Source: the human T2T-CHM13v2.0 reference genome, Homo sapiens
NCBI RefSeq assembly: GCF_009914755.1
Contig: NC_060939.1
Strand: one strand, 5' to 3'
Length of the DNA: 64,000 nt
The position numbers were made by a program, and so were the translations under genes. Below the pieces are notes generated by a model that was not told the DNA's origin, made no database searches, and saw nothing but the letters and a program-made list of their open reading frames with translations. Position 1 is the first letter of the stretch. Each line of letters opens with the position of its first letter. This document shows positions 15,584-34,838 of this stretch, piece by piece.

Positions 15584-16193
15584 AGAATCATAAGTTCACA
15601 AGTATTTTCACCAGAAAACTGTAAAGACATTATTCTGTTTTCTTACTTACCATGTTGCCAATGTGAAGTCTGGTATCGATCTTATTCCATCCCACACAAT
15701 TGTTTTCACGCTGAAAACATTCAGTTTCCTCCTTATCCTTAGTATCCTGAAATTTTATCATGATTTACTTACATGTCAGTCTTTTTACATTCTTCCTGTA
15801 AATATTCACTGGTTCCTCTCAATATGAGTATTTCCAATTTCTAAGAAATTGTCTTAAATTTTTGCCTTGTTTTAGGCACTCTCCTTCCTTAATTTTCTTC
15901 TCTCCTGTAATTCATATTAAGCAGATAGTGGAACTTTTACAGCTGTCATTCATGTCTCATAACATTTTGTTCATTCTTTCCATCTATTGTTTTGCACTGC
16001 ATTCTGGGAGAATTACTTAGCATGATATTCTGGTTCACTGATTTACTCTTCAATCCATTTTGCTATTCAACCCATCTATTGAGATTTTTATTTCAAGAAT
16101 AAAATTTTTTAATTTCTAAAACCTTGATGCATTTTTAATTTTTTTTAAAAATGAAAGCAGTAAGCTCTGCCATTTGTCCAAGGTATATAATGA

Positions 16194-16504
<311 letters not shown>

Positions 16505-16699
16505 GCAAACTCGTTTCTTAACTGTATGTGGATTCTCCTTCATCATACAACATCTAGATCTGTGGAACTGAACCAAACCTAGAAAATGGGCAATAGGCTA
16601 CCACTGTCAGATACGTATTTGCCAGATTCAGAGATTCTGTTTTTACTTCTAAAAATTTAAATAGACAAGACTTTGAGAGTTGACAGAATCACCTTGACT

Positions 16700-18285
16700 T
16701 GTCATTCTCTGCCCCTCCCTACTAAGTACAATTATAAACACTGAGAATAGTAAAAGGAACAGCTACAGGAGAATTCTGAAAGGTGGTAAGAGGAAGGTGA
16801 ATTGGTCGGGGCCTCGATTCTGGAGGCACAAAATACAACCCCCATCCAACAAGAGAGGTGATCCAGGCTTGACAATTCCCACCTCCCAATGTAGTAACAG
16901 AAGGTAGCTCAAGTAGGCTCATTCTTCTGCAACAAATGAGAGTTCTGCCAGAAATAGCAGGCAAGCAGAGGAGAACCAACAATGGAGACGGGTTGATTAG
17001 AAGCCCTGTTAACGGTAAGCTGCCAGAAAACTCTACTTTTTCACCAAGTGTGAGACACCATTTTCTCTACGTCTCTACTCCTCTCCTTCCACCCCTGTTC
17101 CCAAGCCCTTGGTTGAGGGCACTAGCAACTGGAATTGCCAAAATCCAACTTTCCAATTCTTTCCCACAAAGGACGCAACTCACCTCCTTCACCAGAGACA
17201 CTGCACAACCAAGGGCACAGGGAAGGGAATTCACACTGCAATGTGCACTTGGCCAGGGAAGCACTCTGCCCCTGTAGGACGGAGTCTCCATTCATTCACT
17301 TAGAGATACAGACAACTGATCCTGGGGAAGCTCCATCAGAAACCAGTAGGAGCCCCAGTGGAATGATATTTTTTTAAAAAGCAAACTAAAATAGCTCTGC
17401 AAAGACTGAAAATTAAATTGTCGTAGGAGTCAAATCCTTCAAATTAGGTCCAGACCGGCATGCTGAATCCAAAAAGGTGAATGCTTACTAAAATTAAACA
17501 AAATGTAAATAGAACCCAGATTTCCTAACATAATATAAAAAATGCGCAAGGCACAGGGAAATGGGAATTGAAATGACAAAAGGCAATCAGTTGATGTTAA
17601 CAGTGAAATAAACCACGTTGGAATTATCTGACAACAATTTCAAAGCAACCAGCATAAAAATGGTTCAAGTAATAAAAAAATTATCTTAAATGAAAAAATG
17701 GAATATTCTAGCAAAGAAATAGGAGTTATAAAAAAGAAACAAGACATTCATGAAACAGATAAATGCAGTAACAGAAATTAAAAGCTTTCTAGGTGGGCTC
17801 AATAGTAGAGGGTGGAGGGCAGGAGATATGATCAGTGAACTTGAAAATGTGTAGAATTTCCCTAATCTGAACAATAGAGGAAATAGACTGAAAATAATGA
17901 ACAGAACTTCACAGACCAATAACAAAAGATCCAACATTAATATTATCGGAGTTGGGGAAGAAGAGGAGAAAGTCAGTGGGGCTGAAAGAGTATTTGAAGA
18001 CATAATGGGTAAACATTTCCCAAATTTGTTAAACGAAATACACTCAGATTCAAGAAGTTTAATATATCCCAAATAGTATGAACCCAAAGAAATATATACC
18101 AGGACACATCATACTAAACTTCTGAAAAGACAGAAAAAATTGAAAGCAGGCACAGAAACATGACTTGTTATCCTTAGGGGCACATGAATTGGAATGACAG
18201 TGAATTTCTTATCTAAAGCCATGGGGGCAAGTAGGAAGTGGCACAATATTTTTCAAGTGCCAAAAGAAAAGAACTGTAACTGTTG
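16700..18285 (+). mobile_element. Old L1 5' region and ORF1 remnant
   Basis: A-rich ORF1-like text (atcagtgaacttgaaa, gaagtggcacaatatttttcaagtgccaaaagaaaagaactg); 5' boundary uncertain. Confidence 0.65.
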
Positions 18286-18344
18286 ATCTACACAAATGTT
18301 GATGAATTTAAAAGATGTTATGCTAGATTAAAGGATGTAATGTT

Positions 18345-19766
18345 TAAAGTTAAACATTAAGTTGACTTGGTAGATAGCTGGTAAAACATTTCTAAGTGTG
18401 TGAGGGTGTTTTTGGAAAATAGTATTTGTTTATATTTTTTGTTTTTGGAAGTGTGCAATTACTTTAGTTTTTTTCAGCTTTATTGAGGTATAGACAAAAG
18501 ATTAGTATTTGATTCAATAGACAAACAAGATCTGCCCTCACAAATGTGGGCAGGCATCACCTAGTTCATTGAAGGCCTAGATAGAACAAAAAGGGCAGAG
18601 GAAGTGCAAATTATCTTTCTCCTTGAGCTGGGACATACTTTTCCTGCCCTTAGACATCATATCTCCTGGTACTCAGGTCTTTGGACTCAGACTGGTAGTT
18701 TCACCATTCACTCTGTTGGTTCTCAGGCCTTTGGACTCAGACTGAATTGTGCCACCAGTTTTCATAGGTCTGCAGGTTATAGGTGGCATATTGTGGGATT
18801 TCTTGGCCTTCATAATTATGTAAGCCAATTCTGATTATAGATCTCCTCTTATCTCTGCACCTATCCACAGAGATAGAGAATCTATTATCTATCTACAGGG
18901 ATAAGAGTGATATGCACAGGCGACAGGGAAATACTGGGTAGAAGAGGCAGTTCCCTGTCAAAGGCCCCACCCTGAAGCCAGGAAACCTGCAGCCCTAAAT
19001 GGGAACAGTCATTCCTGTTTTTGCACCCAGCTGTTGCCTTTTGGCCCACCATGCCCCCCTCTCCTGAACCCTTATAAACCCCAAGTCCCAGGCTTCACAA
19101 GCAGAAGAGCAGAGGGTTGGAAGAGCAGGGTGGCAGAGAAGGAGAGAAGAGAAGGAACGTCTGAACATCGAGAGGTGGTTGGCTGGGGATGGTTGGAGAA
19201 CAGATTGGCCACGGGATGGCCAAACTCCAGAGGAAGATCATCTTCCTACTGCAACTCCTCTCCAGCTCCCCATCCACCCTGCTGAGAGCCACTTCCGTCT
19301 GGCAATAAAATCCCCCACATTTGTCATCCTTCAATTTTTCCATGTCACCTGATTCTTCCTGGATGCCAGGCAAGGACCTTGGTACCAAGAGGGCACTGAG
19401 CTGGTTAACACTTAAGTGGTCTGCAGATGGCAGAGCTAAAGAGTACTGTAATATGCCCACTGGAGCTTTGGGAGTTGCAGGCACCCACCCATATATGGTA
19501 ACGTGGGGCCAGAGTCCAAAAGTGCTTGCCCCAGCTCCTACACCTCCCTGTCTGCGTGCTTCCCCTCCCATGAGGGGTTTGAGCAGGAGGCAGCAGAACA
19601 GATGAGCCACACCCACCAATCATCCTGTGTAGGGGATCAGGGAACTCTCCTGTTTCAAGAGGAGATATGAGATACAGATAGGTAGCTAGCTAGCTGTGTA
19701 CCTATCTACCTATCTACCTATCTATATCAGATTGGTTCTATTTTTCTGGAGAAACCTGAATAATAC
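18345..19766 (+). mobile_element. MLT2 (ERVL) 5' LTR, interrupted by an LTR1-family LTR
   Basis: MLT2 motifs (aatgtgggcaggcatc...gatagaacaaaaagg; tctcaggcctttggactcagactgaatt); ends ttggttctatttttctggagaaacctgaataataca. Confidence 0.8.
18908..19657 (+). mobile_element. LTR1/LTR27/LTR28-family ERV1 solo LTR
   Basis: TGATATG..cagggaaatactgggtagaagag...gggaactctcctgtttCA; TG...CA ends; 4-bp TSD AGAG (18904-18907, 19658-19661); internal AATAAA. Confidence 0.85.
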
Positions 19767-20328
19767 AGATTTTTGCCCCAAGAGTGGATCTAGAGGAACA
19801 GAATTTTAAGGATAAATTCTGTGAATTGGTTTTGAGGTTTCTGGAATTGTTTCTCTAATATGATTAAACTTGAAAATACTAATGACTTTACTTTCAGTGG
19901 TAAGATATTACTGATAGTCCATGACGTGAATTTTTTATTGAGATACCCAAAATATCTGCATTGGATAGTCCTAGTCAACTAAAGTAATGCGATATATAAT
20001 ACTTTCAAAAGATTTTGGAAAACTAAGGAAAATAATGACAATAATTCCCAGCTCAAGCACCACACAAATGACCTAAGACCTTCTAGGTGCACCCTGAGGG
20101 AGAGTGTTAGGTCTTGTAGCTTCAGGGCTGAAATTGCTGAAAATCAAATGCAAGACTTTATCCTGTGATTGGCTGAATTACAAGGCAAATATAACTCCCA
20201 GCCTCACAGGGTGCCCACTGATAAAGTGAGGGCATTGACTGGGAAAAAAATGGGATCCTGTAAATTGGGATGGAAAGCCTTGGTAAAGCTGGGAACATTG
20301 AGCCCCTCTGATGAGCCTTTGTTGCCCA

Positions 20329-20832
20329 TGTCAACTTAAGGAAAGAAAATGAGGCAAAATTAATATAAGTAGAGAGTTTATATGGGCCAAGATTAAGGAC
20401 TGCAGCCTAGGAGTAATAGATTCAAGTTGCCCTACATATATACCCAGATTAGCAGCAGTTACAAGTGGGTGTTTAAGAGAAAAAATAAGCTGGGGGCAGT
20501 TTCTAAGTTGCTTATCAATAATCTACATAGGTTCATTAAAATAACACAACACAAACTATTTGTTGGCTATGCATTGTTTTTGTATCACAGATTCCAGGAA
20601 CATGAAGATATTGGGTGAGGGCCACATTGTGCAACTTATGGTAATGTTTTAGGAAATTTATCCGCTAGTCTGGAAACTGCAGGAAAGGAAAGAAAGCCAA
20701 AGTGCCTTTAAACAATTATGCCCAGGCACGGGTGCCAGGACATGAGTGAAGCCTCGTGCTCATCTCTCAGGGCCCAATAAATTTTGCAGACCTCACATTT
20801 CTAAGACGACTCGGAGCCACTTTTCTTTCTCA
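20329..20832 (-). mobile_element. ERV1 solo LTR (MER34/LTR48/LTR49 group)
   Basis: Reverse strand TGAGAAAGAAAAG...atgtgaggtctgcaaaatttattgggccc...TTGACA; interrupts ERVL. Confidence 0.6.
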
Positions 20833-21075
20833 CCAGTGGAACAGGTCTCCCTACCACCAGCAGAAGTAGCCACCCCACCCCTGGCAAAAGTGAATTCCCC
20901 AACCCCAGAGGAAGTGCCTCCCCATCCCCAGTGGCATCAACCTTTCCACCTCTGTCTGAGGGGATAACCCTGCACTGCCTGAGGAAATGGGAATGGCCTC
21001 CCGTAAGGCAGCTGTGGAGCAAGACAATGCTGATTCTCCTTAGGAGCCACCCCACCACCCCTCTTTGCTTTTAGG

Positions 21076-21605
<530 letters not shown>

Positions 21606-21738
21606 TTCTAGACCTATAAGTAGACTCCAGTCCCGCAATCCCCTAAGGTGAGTTACAGAGTATGATCTCTGAGGAGGCTGACTACATCCAGGAACAGGTA
21701 GGAAACTGGGGAACATGTGTGGGAATGGATATTAGGGG

Positions 21739-22348
21739 TGTGAAAGGAAAATAAATATTGGGATGCCAAACTCATTAAGCCGAAGGGAAAAGTTAAGCTG
21801 GGAACTGGGTCATGCAAACCTGCCTCCCCTTTTGCTTCCTAACTAAGATGGCTACAAGATGAAAATCTTCATGCCTCCCCCACATTTTGTCCATGAGGAA
21901 ATTCCTAGTGAGCTCCAAGATCTTTACCCTAAGGTGTGTCTGTTAAAATTTCACCATGATAATGTCAATTGTCTTTACAGTGCAGTCACCCCCCTGCCCT
22001 CCAGACACAAATGCATATCTGATCGGTCCCCTGCCCCATTTTGTCTGTTATCTTATGTAAAAATGCAGATTCCAGCATTTTTCCTCTGCCCCATTTGTCT
22101 ATGTCATCTTATGTAAAACAATGCAAATTCACTGAGCCAGACAAATAAATGAATATTTTTCCCTACCCCACTCTCACATGAAAATTGTGTACCTCTCAAT
22201 ATCCTGCCCTTTCCTCTTTAAATTTGGAGCCCTCAAAATCATCTTTGAAGAAAGGCATAGACCTGTCTCCTGGGCATGCATCCTTAACTTTGGCAAATAA
22301 ACCTCCTAAAATGATTGAGATTTGTCTCATCATTTTTCTCGATTGACA
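21739..22348 (+). mobile_element. MER4 (MER4B-like) ERV1 solo LTR
   Basis: TGTGAAAGGAAAATAAAT...aagctgggaactgggtcatgcaaacctgcctccc...gattgaCA; 4-bp TSD GGGG. Confidence 0.85.
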
Positions 22349-22694
22349 GGGGTATGAGACAATGGTGGAAGGAACATAAAGTTCCCCGTTTGTTGATACG
22401 GTCCCACAGAGCAGAGATTCTGCATTTAATGTTGTAGTTCAGGGAGTTACAAAAGGCTCTACCAGTTTGGTTTGTTGGCTGCAATCTGGATCAAAAGATG
22501 TCCCACTGTGAGTGAATTGGAAATGCCAGATATCCCTTGATTTAATGTAGAGGAAGGGATTCAAAGACTAAGGAAAATTAGAATGATGGAGTTAACTTAT
22601 CATTTAGGAATTACTCATTCACACAGGGAAAGCCCAGAATACATACCTTTCGCCAATACTTAATGAAATGAATTTGTGACAAGAGACCTAGCTA

Positions 22695-22772
22695 TTTTAT
22701 GCTATGTTATGTTATGTTATGTTATGTTATGTTATGTTATGTTATGTTATGTTATGTTATGTTATGTTATGA
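22695..22772. repeat. (TATGT)n pentanucleotide microsatellite (expanded Alu tail)
   Basis: About 14 near-perfect gttat units. Confidence 0.95.
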
Positions 22773-23564
<792 letters not shown>

Positions 23565-24334
23565 TAATCCTTCTTTTCTTGGGAAGCCTGCGTACTACAT
23601 AATGAAGTAGAAAGAAGTTGGGAGAATAGTAAGGAGGCATTTGTAAGAGTCCATGTGAGAAATCACAATAATTTGAATTACATAGAATAAGAAGAACTTT
23701 GGAAAGATGCTCTGAAAACAAGCAATAAGAAGATATTTCTGTAGAGAGGACCTGTGTGGCTTGAAGTCAATTGTGAGAGACAAGATGTTCACTGTACATA
23801 AGACGAACAGAGCGGTAAAGAGAGAGACTGGGCCCCTTCCAGCCTATGACTTAAGAGAGCTTCCATAAAGGTCTGCATGGTCTATGCTCATGACTTAAAA
23901 CTAAGGGCCAGGAAAAGAGAGGAGAGGTAAAGACTCAAACTGAAGCAAAGGGCTCCTTGTTACAGTTTTGTGGGTGCAGTGACTCCCGAGGCAAAGTCCA
24001 TATATAAGGATACAATGTGTTTGGGGGCATAGCCATTGGACCCTTTAAGTCATATTCTAGGCTACATAGCTTTTATGTCCAAAATGATCTGAGCTCCAGG
24101 ACAGCTCTCTTATAGGAAACAATGCCAGATGAGGTCACTAGTGAAGGACTTGCTTTACCACAGGGAAATGGTACCATTTCTCTCAGGTCAATTAGGAGCT
24201 TTCAAAGAGAAATATAGATAGAGCTCCAATGTTTCAGGGCAGACAAAGTACAGTCAGGTGACATCTGCCATGCTGTGATGTAATACTGGCACTGTTGGTA
24301 AGATTATAATATTGACATCGAGAGCCAAATGTAT

Positions 24335-25150
24335 TGTGAAATTCAGTTAAAAGTTTTCTGGCTCCCCCAGATATTAGTCATATAACAAGAATCGCAGTCA
24401 AAGAACAAGGGGTGGCTTGTTGCATAGTAATTAATTTGGCTGATCTTTTTCTCTGGGTCCTGAGAGGAGCCCTCTAAACCCTTGAAGTTTCCTATGATAC
24501 AATTATATTTTGTTACTGATGGCGGGCCTGACAATATCTGAGCTTATGCTGTGGAGATGACACAGGATGGGGCCCATCACACCAGAAAGAACAACTGTGT
24601 GATTCAAGGGTTGGGCTTCGAAGCATGTGCTATCAGCCCAGCCTTCTGGGAGGAGAGAGAGGCTAGAGGCTGAGCTCAATAATGTGGCCAAAGATTCAAT
24701 CCGTCATGTGTCCATAATGAAACCCTGATAAAAACTTTGGCCACGGAAGCTCAGGTGTGCTTTCCTGGGTAGTGATACACATCGATGCGCCAGGAGGGTG
24801 ACTTGTCCTGAGGAAGCGGAAGTCGTGTGTCTCAGGTCCTCCTAAACCTTACCCTAACGGTTTCTTTCTTTGGCTGGTCCTGATTTACATCCTTTATTAT
24901 ATAACTGTAATTATAACTACAGCTTTTTCCTGAGTAATGTGTTATTCTAGCAAAGTTGTGTATCCAATTTGAGTGGGTAGTGGGAATCTCCAGCTTTGTA
25001 GCCAGTTGGTCAGAAGTGTGTGTGTCCTGGAAGCCCCCTCCCCTGCTTGTAGCTGATGTCTGAAATGAGGGAGGCCCTTTTCAGGCCCTGTGCCCTTGAC
25101 CTGTGAGGTTTGACCTAATTCTGTGTAGATAGCATGACAATTGCACTGCA
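24335..25150 (+). mobile_element. MER21-family LTR
   Basis: ctctaaacccttg...aaccctgataaaaactttgg...gctcagg...ctttgtagccagttggtcagaagt; boundaries approximate. Confidence 0.7.
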
Positions 25151-25199
25151 CAGGACAGATAACCACCCCAAAATCTAAAAAGAGAGGTACAAACAGACA

Positions 25200-27862
25200 C
25201 TGCAACTGATAAAGCCTAGAGATGTGCTTCAGACAGCAGGAGCCTCTAGAGCTATTGGTCCAAACAATGAAATGACAATTTTAACAAACTGCTGGAGGAA
25301 GAGTTTCTTAGGAGGCTCCCTCCAGTAACCTCGCCATATTTTTGTGGTAAGAATCCCCAAAAGATCCCTTCATGCCTTTGCAGAAGAAGGAAAGAGTGAC
25401 CATTGTGAAATGTAACCAGAGCCTTCTCCAGGGGAAGGACTTTACCAGAGCTCCATTCTGATACTGTATCCAAGCTTGGGGAAAGGAATCCCCCCTCACT
25501 TCAGCTCTCTTTAGCCTTCTTTCATCACGTAGTGGCAGAAATAATCATCAATGGATAGAGTGCTTCATGGAGATATACTGGGAGCTCGGCAGCCAGGGAA
25601 AGGAGCTAGAAGGTGAACATGCTACTGGAGGAAAGGCAGACACAGCTGGGATAGCCACAGCCATGAGCTACTGGCTTAGGAAATGACCCACACTTCATTA
25701 GAAGGTTGGAGAATGCTTACTGTCTTCTATATCCTATCATCACTGTTATAAAGCTTGAGTTTAAAAGCAGTGACTACAGCTGTTTTCAGTGGAATGAACT
25801 GAAAGACACAGACTCACTATGAGGAGCAGTGCAGAGACAAGCTGTGAAGCCAGGCGAAGAGCCAAAACAAAGACACTAAAGGAATTTGGAACTTCTGATA
25901 CTTATGGCTGCAACAAACATTAAACATAGCTTAACTCTTAACCAAATTAACATACATTCTCACATAAAGGCCTATGTACCTCAGTTGTTATTACCTAATG
26001 CAATATCTGTCTTTTAACAAAAAAATTACACAAGACACGTCAAAGGCAGGAAAAAACAGTCTGAAGAGAAAGCAATCATCAGAATCAAACTCAGATATGA
26101 CACAGATGTTGGAGTACCAGAGACGGAATGTAAAAATAACTGTGATAAATATGTTAAGGGCTCTCATGAAAAAAGTAGACAATGTGCAAGAACAAATGGA
26201 TAATATCAGCACTAAGATGGTAGCTTCTAAAAGCCCATGAGCCAAAGAAGAAATCTCAAAAAGTGTTTCAGAATAAATGAAAAGGAAAATATAACTCATC
26301 AAAACTTATGGGTTGTAGCTAAAGCAGTGCTTAGAAAATAATTTATAGCACTCAGTTTCTGTATGCATATATTACAAAGTAAGAATTAATAATATAAATA
26401 AATTACGCTTGCACCTTAAGAGCTTGAGAAAGAACAGCAATTTAAACCTGAAGAGAACACAGAAAAGAAATCCATGCAAATTAGAATATACATCAATAAA
26501 ATTTTAAACAGGAAAACAATAGAAAAATTCAACAAAACCAAAAGCTAGGCTTTCACAAACGTAAATAAAATTGATAAACCTCTTCCCAGGCATGAGCGTA
26601 CAAGATGAGAGAAAGAGAGAATACAAATTACCAATATCAGCAATGAAAGAAGAATCATTACTACTGATTATTGATACCGTGCACTTTTAAAAGATTCTAA
26701 GATTCTACAAGCAACTTTATCCTTGTAAATTTGATACCTTAAATAAAGTGGACCAATTCCTTAAAAGACACAAACTAATAAATTCATGCAAGGAAAAACA
26801 GACTAGCCCTATACATATTTTCTTTTTTTTTTTTTTTTCTGAGATGGAGTCTTGCTCTTTCGCCCAGGCCAGAGTGCAGTGGCGCTACCTCGGCTCACTG
26901 CAAGCGTCACCTCCTGGGGTTCACGCCATTCTCCTGCCTCAGCCTCCCAAGTAGCTGGGACTACAGGCGCCTGCCACCGCGCCCGGCTAATTTTTTATAT
27001 TTTTAGTAGAGACGGGGTTTCACCGTGTTAACCAGGATTGTCTTGATCTCCTGACCTTGTGATCCACCCACCTCGGCCTCCCAAAGTGCTGGGATTACAG
27101 GCATGAGCCACCGCGCCCGGCCGCCCTATACATATTTTCTAAAAATTAAATTAATAATAAAAACCTTCCAAAAAAGCAACAGGCTCAAGCTCAGATGATT
27201 ACACTGGTGAATTATACCAGTGAAAAAATTATTCTCCATATTTTTTTTCCAGAAAAGAGAAGCAGAGGAAAAACCTCCCAACTCATTTTATGATATCATC
27301 ATTACTCTAATCCCAAAACCAGATAAAGACATTACAACATCGAAAAGAAACTGTAGATCAGTATCTCTTATGAACCTAGACACAAAAGCTTCCACCAAAC
27401 ATTAGCAAGTCAAATCCAGTAATGTAGAAAAAGGATAATACATCACAACAAAATGGAGTCCGTTTCTGAATATAAGGATTCAATATTTTAAAATACATCA
27501 TTGTACTTTATCATATTAATATTAATAGACTAAGAAAAACAACACAATTGTATCAGTAGAAGCAGAAGAAGCATTAAACAGAATTCAAGACCTGTTCATG
27601 ATAGAAACTCCACAAAGTAATGTGAACTATGGATTTTGAGTGATAATAATGTGTCAGTGTATGTTTATAGTTTATAACAAATGTACCACTCTGGTGTGGG
27701 GGGTTGACAGTGGACGGGACTGTGTGTGAGTAGGGTGTATAGGGGGACTTTGTGTGGGTAGGGTGTATATGGGGACTGTGTGTGGGTAGGGTGTATATGG
27801 GAACTGCGTGTACTTTCTGCTCAATTTTGCTGTGAACCTAAAACTGCTTTAAAAAAAAAAAT
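25200..27862 (+). mobile_element. Fragmented old L1 (5' region, ORF2 remnants, 3' end) with an AluY insertion at 26821-27122 (- strand)
   Basis: ORF2-like text (aaacttatggg..gctaaagcagtgcttaga; ccaactcattttatga..ctaatcccaaaaccagataaagac); Alu TSD GCCCTATACATATTTTCT. Confidence 0.8.
27718..27810. repeat. About 28-30-bp minisatellite, three copies, inside the L1 3' end
   Basis: gtgtg(g)gtagggtgtata(t)ggggact repeated. Confidence 0.8.
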
Positions 27863-27865
27863 AAA

Positions 27866-28310
<445 letters not shown>

Positions 28311-28624
28311 GTGAAAGAATGGAGTGGTATATAATGTAGCAGAGTTGATAATTTAAGGCTAATTCACTATATATCTCCAAGCAAATAGATTTGTAATGCT
28401 TTTCCTGCCTAAAATCTGTACAGCTGATTCACAAATACTTGGTTGACAGGTTTTATATATCAGTGTGGCTCATCAGCTTGTATGTTGTTGGGGCCAGAAT
28501 CTATACTTACACTTCATTCAAATTTGATTTTACAGAAGAGTTGTGGTTTTTATTTTTCTTTTAATTAAGAGGGCTGTGAAATTATCAACTATAACTCTAA
28601 ATCTCATTTAATTCCTCCCATTAG

Positions 28625-29294
28625 GATTCAAGATGGATTGGCATCAAAGTTCACTTCTTTAACAAAAGTGCTTTATGACCTTAATAAAATATTAGAGAAT
28701 GGTAGGATCCATGGAAGCCCTTTACAAAAACTTGTGATAGAAAGTTTTGATGATAAGCAGACTTTGCAACAACTGGAATTGCAAAATGACCCAATTTTAC
28801 AAAGCTTCCAGAATGCAGTTAGTGAAACAAAGATGAAGATATCAGTATCCCAGAGAGTGAAGAACAGGAGCATGAAGAGGATGGTTCAGAGACAGAGGCT
28901 GATGGCCAGGAGGACCTAGAAGATTTAGAGGAGGAGGAGGAAGTGTCAGATATGGGTGGTGACAATCCTGAAGTGAGTGAGAGAGCAAACTCAAGCAAAT
29001 TCGATCCGACGAAAAGCCCAGTTCTCAGTGATGAGGATTCTGACCTTGACTTTCATATCAACAAATTGGAACAGCAGAGCAAGGTGCGAAACAAAGGACA
29101 CGGGAAACCAAGAGAAAAGTCCATAGCAGACAAGAAATTCTTCCAACTCTCTGAAATGGAGGCCTATTTAGAAAACGGAAAAAGAAGAGGAACGAAAAGA
29201 TGGTAATGATGATGACGTAGAAGATACTGATTTTTTTAAGATATTGATTCTGATGAAGATGAAGGGGCACTGTTTAGAAGTAAAAAAACTTAAG
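28625..29294 (+). pseudogene. MPHOSPH10P: MPHOSPH10-like exon 2 (frameshifted)
   Basis: ttag|GATTCAAG ... CTTAAG|gtaaaa; homology split between ORFs 28638..28919 and 28943..29206. Confidence 0.93.
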
Positions 29295-29650
29295 GTAAAA
29301 TTTTGAGAGAGGAGAGAGCACTTTCCTCCTCCTCAAATTACCTTTTGTTCTGTTTTTCTAGGACAGATGTAATTGTAGTTAGAAGATTTGGATCTAAGAA
29401 ATATTGTGCTCTATCTTATCAGTTATAAATGAATCTGTACTTCCATTCAGTTTCTGTTCCAGTTGTTCTTATAATAGTTTTATGGTAATGTTTTTAGTTG
29501 CTGATTTCACCTAATAACTATTTTTGGCTTGTAGTGTTATTAAGTTAGAAAGTAACGTAGACATACAGTATACACACAAATATATATGTGTGTGCTAACG
29601 ATGTATTTTTCTCTTCCTAATTAATAGTTTTAAAAATCTTTTTATTTTAG

Positions 29651-29805
29651 TCAGGTAAAAGTTCCAGAAATGTGAAGGACAAAGACTTTTTTTGATCCAG
29701 TTGAAAGTGATGAAGACATAGCAAGTGATGATGATGATGATCTGGGTTCAAACAAGCTGATGAAATTGCTGAAGAAGCAGCAGAAGAACTAAGCATTTCT
29801 GAAAT
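29651..29805 (+). pseudogene. MPHOSPH10P: MPHOSPH10-like exon 3 (frameshifted)
   Basis: ttttag|TCAGGTAAAAGTTCC ... GAAAT|gtaagt. Confidence 0.9.
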
Positions 29806-30299
29806 GTAAGTATTTGAACCATCCTTTATATTGTGGGCTGGAACTGTCCAATCATGTATTGGTACTTGTGGTTTTCACATATGTTTGTTTTATGAAGTTA
29901 GATTCTCTCCTATCAGATATTCTCAAGATAGCCACAGGAAAGTCTGTGTATTTAAAGGGACATTAGAGATCATTTAATGAAGAAAAATATTACTGGCAAT
30001 GGCAATCAAACCTTTCTGACCAGGAACTTTGATTTGGTTTTGTGCCCCAAAAATCCTGTTATTTCTGTGAGATTGAACAATTTATTTTCTATATATTGGA
30101 CACTTTTTGTTCTGTTTCTTACATAGCATTTCACTTAAATGATACCTTCTGTTCCTTAATACCTGAATGATTTTGGAACTTCTGAGTATTTGGTTGCATT
30201 AGGCATATAAAAGAAGAACTTTATTAAGGGAAATATGTTTCCTTTTGTTTTTCTAATGGAAAGCAGTATATTTCTTTTTATAAGAATTTTGTAGTGTAG

Positions 30300-30471
30300 G
30301 GATGAAGATGATGACCTGGAAGAAAGTGAAGACAGTAAACAATGTAAAGAAAGCTTGAAAAGAGTGACCTTCACTTTGCCAGATGATGAGGCAATTGAAG
30401 ATGCAGGTGTTTCACATGTAAAGAAAAATTCTGATGAAGTTAAATCCTCTTTTAAAAAAAGACAGGAAAAG
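30300..30471 (+). pseudogene. MPHOSPH10P: MPHOSPH10-like exon 4 (frame open)
   Basis: tag|GGATGAAGATG ... GAAAAG|gtaatt; encodes DEDDDLEESEDSKQCKESLKRVTFTLPDDEAIEDAGVSHVKKNSDEVKSSFKKRQEK. Confidence 0.92.
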
Positions 30472-30548
30472 GTAATTAGGAATTTAAGGAATTTTTAATA
30501 TGCTTGACATGATTGTGGAACTCACAGACTACTAACAAATCTTCCCTA

Positions 30549-33573
<3,025 letters not shown>

Positions 33574-33895
33574 TCAAAATTGATAGTGGCTTGTGAACAG
33601 ATAGATCACTTGAATAGAATAGAGCCCAGAAATAAACCCAAATGCTTCTGGGGGAGTTTAGTATATTATAAACATGGCATTTCAAATCAATGAGGAAAAG
33701 AAATCATTTGCAGCTCACCCCACCATAGGCAGCAGGAATAGGAAGTCATTGGCAGAATAAAAAGATGGTAAGGACAGAATTGTAGAACAGTACATTTCTT
33801 GCTTCCCCACTTTTCAAAGTATTTTTTGCTTTTACACAAGTATAAGTGTAATTTGATTTTCTCAATGTATACTAATTCTTTTGTCTCTTTCTTAG

Positions 33896-34037
33896 ATGAA
33901 TGAAAAAAATTACACCTTTAGAAAAAGAGTTGTTATAAAAAAGCCTTGGTTGCGTCTGGGGGAAGTGACAGCACAGAAGAGACCAGAGAATAGCCTGCTG
34001 GAGGAGACCCTGCACTTTGACCATGCTGTCCGGATGG
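33896..34037 (+). pseudogene. MPHOSPH10P: MPHOSPH10-like exon 5 (compensated frameshift, open)
   Basis: cttag|ATGAATGAA ... CGGATGG|gtacgg; ORF 33896..34084. Confidence 0.92.
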
Positions 34038-34659
34038 GTACGGTGCCCTCTTCTGCAAAGTTTTTCTATGGTTCCATTTTGTAGGAAGATTTGGGGTGAT
34101 GTTTCTTTTCCCTCAACTTTTTATTTTAAAAACTTGCAAACACAGAAAAGTTGATAAAATAATACAGTGAACATCAGTATGCTATTCAACTGGATTCACC
34201 AATTAACATTTTATCATATTTGTTTTGTCTCCCCTGCATATGGAAGATTGTATATGTGCCCTTTTCCCCCCTGAATCATTTCAAAGTAAGTTGCCAGTAT
34301 CAGCATTTCAGTGTTAAGTACTTTCGCAGATATCTTCTAGGAACCAGGACGTTCTCCTATATAATCACAATACCATTAATCCCACCCCAAAAATTTAACA
34401 TCAATACACTAATGATACCTACTGTATAGATTATAATCAGCTTTCTTGCAGTAATCTGTTTAGAAGGCTTGCACCCTGTCACCATCCACTGATTAAATTT
34501 TGAACTCTAACTTGAAACCCTGCTCATCTCATTGCCTTCTTTCTTATACCCATTAAGTCAAAAAGAGCTCTCATTTTATTTCAACGGAAAAGAGAATGGA
34601 AAAGAGGGGAAGGTACCTGGGATAAAGTATGAGCACTTACTGCCATATGTATTCTAGTT

Positions 34660-34838
34660 CTGTAGTTTTCAAACTTCAGGGAGCATCTCAAGGCTTATTA
34701 AAGGACAGACAGCTGTCCCTCTTCCCCACTTTCTGATTCAGGAGGTGTGGGGCTGGCCCAGGAATTTGCATGTCTAACAAGTTCCCACGTGTTGCTGATG
34801 CTGAGGGTCTAAGGACTACAATGGGAGAATCCGTGGTT
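34660..34838. mobile_element. MER5A-like DNA transposon
   Basis: ttttcaaactt...ggaatttgcatgtctaacaagttccca...gctgatgctg. Confidence 0.7.
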